IMG/VR virus record: IMGVR_UViG_3300045284_000065
Span: 27,555 to 91,554 of that record
Reading direction: 5' to 3' (one strand)
From: a virus
DNA length: 64,000 bases
This document shows positions 17,218-24,477 of the stretch, piece after piece. Below the pieces are notes generated by a model, which saw nothing but the letters and a program-made list of their open reading frames with translations, searched no databases and was not told the origin of the DNA. Numbering within the stretch: the stretch's first letter is position 1; each line of letters begins with the position of its first letter. The translations under genes and the position numbers were made by a program.

Positions 17218-18469
17218 GCTGCAAGTCCTTGGACTCGGGGAGGATCTCGTCAACACGGCCCTTCGACCAGTTCCAGCGGAGGATCGTCTCGGCGCGGGGG
17301 CCGGAACGAGAGGCGAGCACCTTCATGCGGATGGTGACGGCACCATGATCAGACTCCTCGGGGTCGTCGCGCTCGACCCCGAGCAGGACATCGGCTGACT
17401 GGCCGAAGGCCTGTGTGTACATCGGGGAGAACATCGTCAGCCCTCCCTTGGAACGTGTCATCGTGGCCTGGGTGGTCCCGATGATCGGGATGGACTGGGA
17501 CTGCGCCAGTTCCTTCAACCCGCGTGCAATCTCGGTCAGCGCCTGGGCTGACCCCTGTTCGATCTTCGGTGTCTCGGAGCGCATGAGGTAGAGCGCATCA
17601 ACGAGCACCACGTCGGGGCGGTAGTCCATGATCTTGGCCTGCAACCCGGAGATGGTCATGCCCGACAGGTCAGCCGAGGTGATGAACGAGCGGCCCGACT
17701 CCAGCCGCCGCAGGGCCTTGTCGATCTGGAGGTACTCACGGTTGTTGATCGTCCCGTTGAGGATGCCGGTGAGTGACACCTCGCCATAGAGCGCCATCAA
17801 GCGGTCGTGCTGCTCCTGGTTGGACATCTCGAAGCCGATGAACAGAGGCACGCGACCGGAGGAGTGGATGTTCTTCGCCATCGCCAGCAGGGTGGCGCTC
17901 TTGAACGCCTTGGGCAGGCCGATCATCACGATGAACTGCTCGGGCTGCAGCCCACCCGTGACGTAGTCGATGCCGTTGAAGCCAGTCGGGATGCCACGCA
18001 GAAAGCCGGGGTCGGAGCGGCGATCCTCCACCACATCCATCAGGCTGGTGCGCTGGGTGGTGAGGTCGGAGTCGAGGGCCGGGTTCGTCTCGCGGGCCAC
18101 CTGCATCAAGCCGTGCTTGATCACGTCGAACATGGCGTCGAGCGAGTCGGGGGAATCCGTGGTGTTGAGCAGGGTGATGGCCTCGGTCAGCATCTCGGTG
18201 CCGAGAGAGCGCTTGCGGCGCTGACGCAGACCATCGAGGAAGAAGGCCAGGGGCAGGGGAGAGACGGGCCACTCGAAGGAGGGGAACTTGTCGCGCATCA
18301 CCTCCAGGTCGGCGGGCTGGCCGTACGTTCGCCAATGCTCGGTGAGATATTCGTAGACCCGGCGATACCTGTCGTCGGTGAAGAACTCCGGGGTGATCTT
18401 GCCCGCCACGGCCACGGCGATGGCCTGTTCGTGGATGATCTTCGCCAACAGCCCCCGCTGTACGTCCAT
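17204..18469 (-). CDS. DnaB-like replicative helicase
   Basis: GIPTGFNGIDYVTGGLQP, variant Walker A GLPKAFKS, GFEMS, VLVD, LKELA...IPII. Confidence 0.9.
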   Translation of the reverse strand: MDVQRGLLAKIIHEQAIAVAVAGKITPEFFTDDRYRRVYEYLTEHWRTYGQPADLEVMRDKFPSFEWPVSPLPLAFFLDGLRQRRKRSLGTEMLTEAITLLNTTDSPDSLDAMFDVIKHGLMQVARETNPALDSDLTTQRTSLMDVVEDRRSDPGFLRGIPTGFNGIDYVTGGLQPEQFIVMIGLPKAFKSATLLAMAKNIHSSGRVPLFIGFEMSNQEQHDRLMALYGEVSLTGILNGTINNREYLQIDKALRRLESGRSFITSADLSGMTISGLQAKIMDYRPDVVLVDALYLMRSETPKIEQGSAQALTEIARGLKELAQSQSIPIIGTTQATMTRSKGGLTMFSPMYTQAFGQSADVLLGVERDDPEESDHGAVTIRMKVLASRSGPRAETILRWNWSKGRVDEILPESKDLQHELN

Positions 18470-18470
18470 G

Positions 18471-18896
18471 TCAGGTGTAGTCCTCTCCCCGGATCACTTC
18501 ACGACCAAGCTGGCCGTAGCGATCAAGGCGTTGTGGGTCGGAGTCGTAAACGACCTGCAGACCTTCTCGATACGGCAGCAAGGAGCAGAACTGATCGAGA
18601 GAAACGTACTGCAGTGAGTCGTAGGGCAAGGGCATGGCGTCGAGGAACGCAGCTGCCTGGTCGGCAGCCTCGTCGCTGATGAACGTGACGATCTCGGCCC
18701 CGAAGTCGGGGAAGCGCCGCTTGTTGGTGGCGAGGCGGCGCAGTGGCACATCAAGCCAGTGCCAGTGGGAGGTGAAGTGGGGGTGGCTCCAGCGGTGACG
18801 CTTGTCGCCCTCCACCGTCTCGACGGTGACGAGCACGCCCTCCAGAACGACGATGTAGTGCGGCCTCACCGAGACCGCTAAGTCACCGTGCTCCAT
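18471..18896 (-). CDS. Hypothetical protein, degenerate HAD-like fold possible
   Basis: VVLEGVL...VYDSD pattern; abuts the DnaB gene. Confidence 0.6.
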   Translation of the reverse strand: MEHGDLAVSVRPHYIVVLEGVLVTVETVEGDKRHRWSHPHFTSHWHWLDVPLRRLATNKRRFPDFGAEIVTFISDEAADQAAAFLDAMPLPYDSLQYVSLDQFCSLLPYREGLQVVYDSDPQRLDRYGQLGREVIRGEDYT

Positions 18897-18928
18897 GGCG
18901 AACGCGTAGAAGGGTCATCGGCAGCTGC

Positions 18929-19030
18929 TCCCATAGCTTGATTGGATTGTGCCCCAGTCCGTCCCCCCGATGAGGTTCCGCTTCAGCGAAGCCTCATCGG
19001 TACCCCCCACCGGGGGGCCGAGCTATGGGA
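18929..19030 (-). ncRNA. Candidate ~100-nt structured RNA (four-way junction)
   Basis: Outer stem TCCCATAGCT/AGCTATGGGA encloses three hairpins and starts 6 nt after a -10 box. Confidence 0.5.
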
Positions 19031-19036
19031 CTCGGA

Positions 19037-19065
19037 ACCGTAATACATCGCGCGTGCGGGCGCAA
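19037..19065 (-). promoter_or_regulatory. SigA-type promoter
   Basis: TTGCGC-17 nt-TACGGT. Confidence 0.55.
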
Positions 19066-19068
19066 CCA

Positions 19069-20121
19069 TCAACCATGCTTGCGGTTCCAGGGCAGCGTCC
19101 ATCCGGCCACGCGGTAGTCCTCGGGGTCACCGATCTCGCCCTCAGGCAGGGCTTCAATGCGGGCGCGCGCTGCGTCGATCAGGGGCTGCTCGGCAGCCAG
19201 CTTCGACTCCAACCGGTCCACGATGCGCTGGTTCTCCTCGCGCCGCGCCCGGTCGATCGCCGGGTCAGCGACCGCCGTGCTGCCCCACCACCCGGTGAAC
19301 AGCTGCCACGGGGTCTGGCCCTCGCGCAGGTCCAAGGTTGAGCCGGGTGCCATCAAGTCCTCGAAGAAGGCGTCGAAGTAGGCCTCGACGTACTCGGGGC
19401 TGTAGCCCTTGGCGAGGAACTGGCTGCGGATGTACCCGATCGCTGGGCCGCGGTGCATCACCCGGTGCTCGCGCCAGTGCGGGTACTGGGCGAGGATCTC
19501 CGTGAACCACAGCGTCTCGAACCGGGTCGCCAGCTGGGTGGCCGGGTCGGTGGTGACCGTGGCGGTCCCCTGGGCTGCGGTGGGATCGTCCCCGATCACC
19601 CCGGAGGGGTTCAAGTCCCCTTGATGTTCGCGTTCGTACTTCAAGTTGGGCCTCCCCTGATCGCACTCGCGGTGGACTGGAAGCTTGCCGTGGAGCCAGC
19701 CCTCCTTGGGCTGGACGGGGAAGGTGCAGACACAACAGGGTCCTGACCAGCGGTTGGGCTTCCTGAGGGCCGGAGGCCCATACGACGACGAGTTCTTCTC
19801 CGTAGGAGAAGAACGTTTCTTTTCAGTCTCATTTGAGACACCTTCTGAGACACCCAGCAGCAGGTAGGAGTAGCTGTTCTGGCCCCGGCTGGTGACCCTC
19901 GGGGTGCGGCTGATCAGGCCTGCGGACTCGGCTCGGACCAGCAGGCGCGCCACCGTGGGCACAGGGATCTGAGTGCGACGCGCTAGCTCCCGGATCGACG
20001 GGTAGGGGTCGGGCAGGTACTTCGCCAGCGCCCGCAGGATGGTCTGCATGCGCTTCCAGGTCTGCGCCGGTATCTCACTCGGTCGCTTGATGCTGCTGAT
20101 CTGGACTGCTACTGTTGCCAC
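19069..20121 (-). CDS. Winged-HTH protein, probable replication initiator
   Basis: PSIRELARRTQIPVPTVARLLVRAESAGLISR...NSYSY; CxxC..H.C motif; located upstream of DnaB and primase. Confidence 0.65.
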   Translation of the reverse strand: MATVAVQISSIKRPSEIPAQTWKRMQTILRALAKYLPDPYPSIRELARRTQIPVPTVARLLVRAESAGLISRTPRVTSRGQNSYSYLLLGVSEGVSNETEKKRSSPTEKNSSSYGPPALRKPNRWSGPCCVCTFPVQPKEGWLHGKLPVHRECDQGRPNLKYEREHQGDLNPSGVIGDDPTAAQGTATVTTDPATQLATRFETLWFTEILAQYPHWREHRVMHRGPAIGYIRSQFLAKGYSPEYVEAYFDAFFEDLMAPGSTLDLREGQTPWQLFTGWWGSTAVADPAIDRARREENQRIVDRLESKLAAEQPLIDAARARIEALPEGEIGDPEDYRVAGWTLPWNRKHG

Positions 20122-20167
20122 GGCGTAACCCCTCTCGACGCTCCAACGACCGAGAGTAGTACACGCG

Positions 20168-20195
20168 AAGAGGCCCCCCGGAAGGGGGGCCTCTT
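20168..20195. terminator. Perfect 12-bp hairpin terminator
   Basis: aagaggcccccc-ggaa-ggggggcctctt. Confidence 0.8.
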
Positions 20196-20212
20196 GACGT
20201 TGGGGGGATGAA

Positions 20213-20440
20213 CTACCCCCAGCGCTCCTGATGCTTCGCCAGGCGCATCTGCAGCCGGTAGGCGATGGAGTCGTTCCAGCCCGACAGGTGGTCGACCAGC
20301 TTGGCCAGATCGTCGGCGCTGAACGCCACTCGGATCATCGGCTCGCCGTCGTCACCGTTGGTGGACGGAGGGGGTGGTGCCGGTGCCGGGACCTTCTTGG
20401 CGATGGTCTTGGAAGGGGCCTTCTTGGTTGCTGTTGGCAT
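20213..20440 (-). CDS. Hypothetical protein
   Basis: K/P-rich N-terminus; C-terminus resembles the 22999-23175 ORF. Confidence 0.65.
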   Translation of the reverse strand: MPTATKKAPSKTIAKKVPAPAPPPPSTNGDDGEPMIRVAFSADDLAKLVDHLSGWNDSIAYRLQMRLAKHQERWG

Positions 20441-20450
20441 ATCAGGATAT
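20439..20450. promoter_or_regulatory. ATATC-NN-GATAT palindrome (perfect copy)
   Basis: ATATCAGGATAT at a gene junction. Confidence 0.6.
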
Positions 20451-20912
20451 CCTAGCCACCACTGGCCTTGCCGTCACCCGCTCCAAGAAGGCAGCGAGGC
20501 ACTCATCGAAGCGCTCTGCATCATCCCGGCTGAACCGCTGTTGTGTCCGACTCCCCCGCAGCGGCCCCCGCTCACAGCACAGCGTGAACCCGCCCGAGAT
20601 AGGCCAGGCGTGGATGCCCTCGCTGACCTCACACAGCCAGTGGTCACCGCCCTTGATGTCCTTGGACTGCAGGAACTCGCCCATCTGTTCGGTCAGGGCG
20701 CTATCCCAGGCGAAGAGATCCAGGCAGTACTGGATGAACCCAGCGATGAGCTTCAACTCCTTCGCAGGCCGGACAACGATGTCCTTGATGGGCCACTTCG
20801 CCCAGGGCAACCCCAAGCACACCTTGCAGTCCACCTTCGCGAAGTCAGTGGTGACATTGGTGCTTCCGTTGCACAGTGACTGGCGAACGCCGATGTGAGT
20901 CCTTGTACTCAC
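20442..20912 (-). CDS. Cys-rich hypothetical protein
   Basis: H....LC...DCKVC motif; GTG start overlaps the upstream stop. Confidence 0.6.
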   Translation of the reverse strand: MSTRTHIGVRQSLCNGSTNVTTDFAKVDCKVCLGLPWAKWPIKDIVVRPAKELKLIAGFIQYCLDLFAWDSALTEQMGEFLQSKDIKGGDHWLCEVSEGIHAWPISGGFTLCCERGPLRGSRTQQRFSRDDAERFDECLAAFLERVTARPVVARIS

Positions 20913-21034
20913 TCGTCGTCCCACATCTCGTCGTCGTCGGCCATCTCCTGGGCCTTGGTCGCCAGCCACTCGTAGTCGCTACGGGTGGCGTCCGGTCCCA
21001 TCATGTCGATGATGTCGAATCCGTTCTTGATCAT
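20909..21034 (-). CDS. 41-aa acidic microprotein (not in ORF track)
   Basis: MIKNGFDIIDMMGPDATRSDYEWLATKAQEMADDDEMWDDE; AAAGGGA RBS; GTGA overlap downstream. Confidence 0.6.
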   Translation of the reverse strand: MIKNGFDIIDMMGPDATRSDYEWLATKAQEMADDDEMWDDE

Positions 21035-21073
21035 TGCTGGTCCCTTTCAGGGGTTCGGTGGGTGGTAAGTGGC

Positions 21074-21097
21074 GGCGGGTCGCCAGCGCGACCCGCC
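21074..21097. terminator. GC hairpin after the 21105 stop
   Basis: ggcgggtcgc-cagc-gcgacccgcc. Confidence 0.6.
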
Positions 21098-21104
21098 ACC
21101 TGAG

Positions 21105-21683
21105 CTAGATGGTCTGGAGGGTGTTCCGCATCAGGTTGATGCGATTGATGAAGGTCACGACCGCCGCGTCGAGCGAGCGGACCACGGAGCGCAGGGCCAC
21201 CGGACGGATCCCGGCGATGTCGCTGCGATAGCGGGTCAGCATCGTGAAGTACCCGTCCAGCTGGCTGATCTTGGGCTGGATCATCGTGCGGTTCATGCGG
21301 TTGGCGCGGATCCCCGGGATGAACTCGGTGACGATGTTGCGGAGCATCGGCTTGATGTCCTCATGCAGCGTCGACAGGATGCAGTGGGCGATGTAGATGC
21401 CCGAGGCCAGCTGGCGCTGTGCGACCGTCATGGTCGGCCAGGTGGCGATGCTCCACACCGAGCCACGGCCGCGCTGCCATGTGCCGATGGTGTACAGGGC
21501 TGTCTCCGGGGTGACCCCCGAGGCAACCGTCCGATACTCCTGCAGCCAGCCCGACGCCGTGGGGGTGTCGACCCCGGCGTAGACGGCCAACTCCGATGCT
21601 GTGAACTCCAGCTTCAACGGCGTCTGCGTGACGCAATCCAACAGGAAGCCTTCGACGTTCGATGTAGCCTGTCGATAACTCAT
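21105..21683 (-). CDS. Hypothetical protein (possible N-terminal HTH)
   Basis: GGAGAAAG RBS before the ATG at 21683; FTASELAVYAGVDTPTASGWLQEY. Confidence 0.65.
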   Translation of the reverse strand: MSYRQATSNVEGFLLDCVTQTPLKLEFTASELAVYAGVDTPTASGWLQEYRTVASGVTPETALYTIGTWQRGRGSVWSIATWPTMTVAQRQLASGIYIAHCILSTLHEDIKPMLRNIVTEFIPGIRANRMNRTMIQPKISQLDGYFTMLTRYRSDIAGIRPVALRSVVRSLDAAVVTFINRINLMRNTLQTI

Positions 21684-21720
21684 TACAACTGCTTTCTCCG
21701 GTCCCCCGGTGTTTGGTGGT

Positions 21721-21755
21721 GAACAGGGCGGGGGTTGCAGCCCCCGCCCTTGTTC
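21721..21755. terminator. GC hairpin after the 21760 stop
   Basis: gaacagggcggggg...cccccgcccttgttc. Confidence 0.6.
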
Positions 21756-21759
21756 GTGG

Positions 21760-22761
21760 TCAGCCCGCCTGGGACAGGAAGGCTTGGATCTCCGCGTCGG
21801 TCGCGGTGGGTGTGCGGAGCAGCCGGATGAACTCCACCCGCTGCTGGATGTTGTCGACGCGGCCGTCGACCGCCTCGCCCTCGCCCGGCGCGAAGCCGAA
21901 CTTGCGGTAGTACGAGGACGCTGCACCGAGGGTGCGATCGACATCAGCGAGCAACTCCAGACCGGGGGTCGGAGTGAACGGGCTGGCGACATCCTGGGCC
22001 AGGGCATCGACGGCCTTGGCCGTGTTGGTCAGCTGGTCCATCGAAGCGTTGAACGCAGCGACCTCCTCGGGGGTGTCGTTGTCGTGCTGGGCGTTGTGGA
22101 GGTCACGCAGCTGCTGCTTGCGGCTCTCCAGGTAGGCGTTCTCCAGCGTCTTGGGGTCGACCCCGGCCGCGATCTCGGTGGGCGAGGAAGCAGCGAGGGC
22201 ACCCTTGCGGTCGGCCGCGGTCGGCTCACGACCGGGGACGTTCGGCTGGCGCTTCAACGCCATGCGGACATCGTTGGCCGCGACGAGGAAGCCCTTGGTG
22301 CGGGACTCCACGCGGGTGACCGCCTTGGCCCACGCATCGGCATCGATGCCACGCGGCTTGGACGCAGCCTCGCCGCGGGCGATTGCCGCCAGCGCCGCCA
22401 GCACCTTGCCTCCCTCGGTCTTGGGGCTGCCCGCCTCCTGGTGGGTGCGGTACGCCGCCTCGTTGAAGCGGTCGGAGGGTGCCCACGCCACAGCGGTGTC
22501 CCGCAGATGGCGCAGAGAGTCCTGGGAGTACTGCTCACCCACGGGGGTGGTCACCCCCTCCTTGCCCAACCGCTTGGCGAGAGCGGAGAGACGCTCAGGA
22601 ACCGAGCCACCTTCTCCACTCGCGGGGAGAAGGTCTGAGCGCTTGCCGCTCTGCTCCTCGGGCACATGGGCGAGCACGGCGTCAGCCAGTCCCCAGGTGT
22701 CCTTCGTGTCGTCGGTGACGAGCCGGGTGGCGGCTCGCACGACTTGGTCATAGGTGGTCAT
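21760..22761 (-). CDS. Putative DNA-binding protein (weak LmbU-like resemblance)
   Basis: AAGGAG RBS; WGLAD...YSQDSLRHLRDTAVAWAPSDR..AYRTHQE. Confidence 0.55.
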   Translation of the reverse strand: MTTYDQVVRAATRLVTDDTKDTWGLADAVLAHVPEEQSGKRSDLLPASGEGGSVPERLSALAKRLGKEGVTTPVGEQYSQDSLRHLRDTAVAWAPSDRFNEAAYRTHQEAGSPKTEGGKVLAALAAIARGEAASKPRGIDADAWAKAVTRVESRTKGFLVAANDVRMALKRQPNVPGREPTAADRKGALAASSPTEIAAGVDPKTLENAYLESRKQQLRDLHNAQHDNDTPEEVAAFNASMDQLTNTAKAVDALAQDVASPFTPTPGLELLADVDRTLGAASSYYRKFGFAPGEGEAVDGRVDNIQQRVEFIRLLRTPTATDAEIQAFLSQAG

Positions 22762-22792
22762 TGGTCGGTGTCTCCTTGGTTGAGAGGGATGG

Positions 22793-22999
22793 TCAGAAGT
22801 GGCGTTGGATGTAGGTGTCGAGGCGACGGCGGCAGATGCGGAGCGTCTTCTCCAGGTCCAGGTCCCGGTGCTTGCGGCCTTTGAGGACATCGAGCGAGTT
22901 CACGATCTGCGCCAGGGTGATGTCGAGGATGTTGAGGGTCAGCTGATCCTCCACGCTCTCGATCGCCGGGGCGAAGTCGTCCTCGTCTGCCGATGTCAT
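22793..22999 (-). CDS. Hypothetical protein
   Basis: Start overlaps the upstream stop (TGATG). Confidence 0.6.
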   Translation of the reverse strand: MTSADEDDFAPAIESVEDQLTLNILDITLAQIVNSLDVLKGRKHRDLDLEKTLRICRRRLDTYIQRHF

Positions 23000-23175
23000 C
23001 AGACCTTCTTCGCCCGCTTGGTGTTCGTGGCGAGGGTCGCCTTGCTCAACTGCTTGCCCTGCCAGTCGGTGTAGCGCGCCCGGAACTTGAAGGTGATCGG
23101 GTCCTGCTCAGGGAGCAGGTTCAGTAGGTGCAGCACGTCCTCCTCGGTCAAGGCCATCCGAATGTATTGGTCCAT
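22999..23175 (-). CDS. 58-aa hypothetical protein (not in ORF track)
   Basis: MDQYIRMALTEEDVLHLLNLLPEQDPITFKFRARYTDWQGKQLSKATLATNTKRAKKV; first gene after the promoter. Confidence 0.65.
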   Translation of the reverse strand: MDQYIRMALTEEDVLHLLNLLPEQDPITFKFRARYTDWQGKQLSKATLATNTKRAKKV

Positions 23176-23183
23176 GGATGAGA

Positions 23184-23212
23184 ACCCTATCGGATCTCAA
23201 CACGGGATGCAA
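23184..23212 (-). promoter_or_regulatory. SigA-type promoter for the early leftward operon, near-leaderless
   Basis: TTGCAT-17 nt-TAGGGT, 8 nt before the ATG at 23175. Confidence 0.6.
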
Positions 23213-23258
23213 CCAACAACTTGTGATTTCTTCGTTGAGGTGTGCTAGACCCATAGAC

Positions 23259-23525
23259 ATGTATGCCCTCGGTGTTACCTCGGTTTGGCTCGCTGTCGTT
23301 CTCGCTGAGAACTGGATCGAGGTGCCAAGTTGGGCCTGGCGTGCCATCGCTGGCGTCCTAGGAGTCGGCTGGATATGCCTATATGACCCCAGCCACTGGT
23401 GGTTGGGGGTCGGGATCGGAGGTGCCGCCGTCGTCTTGGCCATGGCTACTGACTTACTGATGGTGCTCACCGACTGGGTTAGAGTGCAGGTCCTCAACCG
23501 AACCGGGCCAAGGAGGCCATTGTGA
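23259..23525 (+). CDS. Small membrane protein (2-3 TM, holin-like possible)
   Basis: Hydrophobic segments and a basic C-terminus; GTGA overlap with the next gene. Confidence 0.6.
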   Translation: MYALGVTSVWLAVVLAENWIEVPSWAWRAIAGVLGVGWICLYDPSHWWLGVGIGGAAVVLAMATDLLMVLTDWVRVQVLNRTGPRRPL

Positions 23526-24361
23526 CCATGCACGTAGTACTAGGGAACGGCGAGATGCCGACCCGTGAGTTGACCGCCTCGCTGGAGGACCTGAAGGCCT
23601 CGGCGCAGCAGGAGCAGGACAACTTCTGGTTTCTGATCCAGGCCAAGAGCGAGCCGAACGCCACCGACCGGGCGCTGGTCAACTGGCTCATCAAGAACGA
23701 GGCCTGGTACGCCATCATCTCGGACGGCACCGATGTCGACCCGATGTACCTGGCCGAGTCCCAGGAGACGCACACCGCCAAGCGCATGGCCCCCAAGGTC
23801 GTGGAGTTGATGAATGCGGGACCGGAAGAGGGCGAGGGTGCCCAGCTGCTGGCCCTGTTCGTCAGCGACGACTTCTCCGACCCGGCCGACGCCTGGCTCA
23901 ACGACGTGGGCGCTGCTGTACAGGAGGCTGGCTTCGAGGTGCGCGCGCTGAACGACGGCCTCGTCGTGGTCGACATGAGCGATGTCGAGCCTGACGAGGT
24001 GGTCGACGAGGACGAGGAGGAGTTGGAGGCCGAGGAGCAGTCCCTGGCCGAGCAGCTGGACGAGATGAACCGCGAGGAACTGATCGCCTTCGCTCAGTCC
24101 AAGGGCGTCACCTTCCCGCCGCGGACCCGCATCCCCACGATGATCGCCACCCTGCTCGCCAAGACGGACGGTGCCGCCGCGGTCGAGGAACCGCTGGAGG
24201 ATGAGACGGCACCAGAGACGCCAGCGCTGGCCTCAGTGAGCACCCTGGCCCCCTCGGTGCCAGGCCTGTCGGCCCCGGCAATGGTCATCGTCATCATGAA
24301 CGGGACGGTCACGGCGCGGATCGCCACGCCTGAGATGGCCGAGGCTCTGATCAACGCCTGA
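23522..24361 (+). CDS. Acidic protein with a Rho-N/HeH-like motif
   Basis: LDEMNREELIAFAQSKGV...TMIATLL; clear GC3 coding bias on the plus strand. Confidence 0.7.
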   Translation: MTMHVVLGNGEMPTRELTASLEDLKASAQQEQDNFWFLIQAKSEPNATDRALVNWLIKNEAWYAIISDGTDVDPMYLAESQETHTAKRMAPKVVELMNAGPEEGEGAQLLALFVSDDFSDPADAWLNDVGAAVQEAGFEVRALNDGLVVVDMSDVEPDEVVDEDEEELEAEEQSLAEQLDEMNREELIAFAQSKGVTFPPRTRIPTMIATLLAKTDGAAAVEEPLEDETAPETPALASVSTLAPSVPGLSAPAMVIVIMNGTVTARIATPEMAEALINA

Positions 24362-24439
24362 CGTTGACACATTCTGTAGAGTGAGTGCCACCAGTCAAAC
24401 GGCTGGCGGCGAGGGAGAGATTCCGCCCTCTTCCTCCGG

Positions 24440-24474
24440 GGTGGGGAGGTTGGTCCGCCGCTGACCTCCCCACC
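24440..24474. terminator. Hairpin between convergent operons
   Basis: ggtggggaggt-13 nt-acctccccacc. Confidence 0.65.
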
Positions 24475-24477
24475 TGC

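Noticed and set aside
18967-19000. CCGATGAG...CGAA as a hammerhead ribozyme core
   Set aside because: It lacks CUGANGA and GAAA, and the segment is fully paired with CCTCATCGG.
18929-19030. Cloverleaf as a tRNA
   Set aside because: No TTCRA T-loop, D-loop GG context, 7-nt anticodon loop or CCA end on either strand.
24364-24382. TTGACA...TAGAGT as a plus-strand promoter
   Set aside because: The spacer is only 7 nt, and no -10 box lies at 17 nt.
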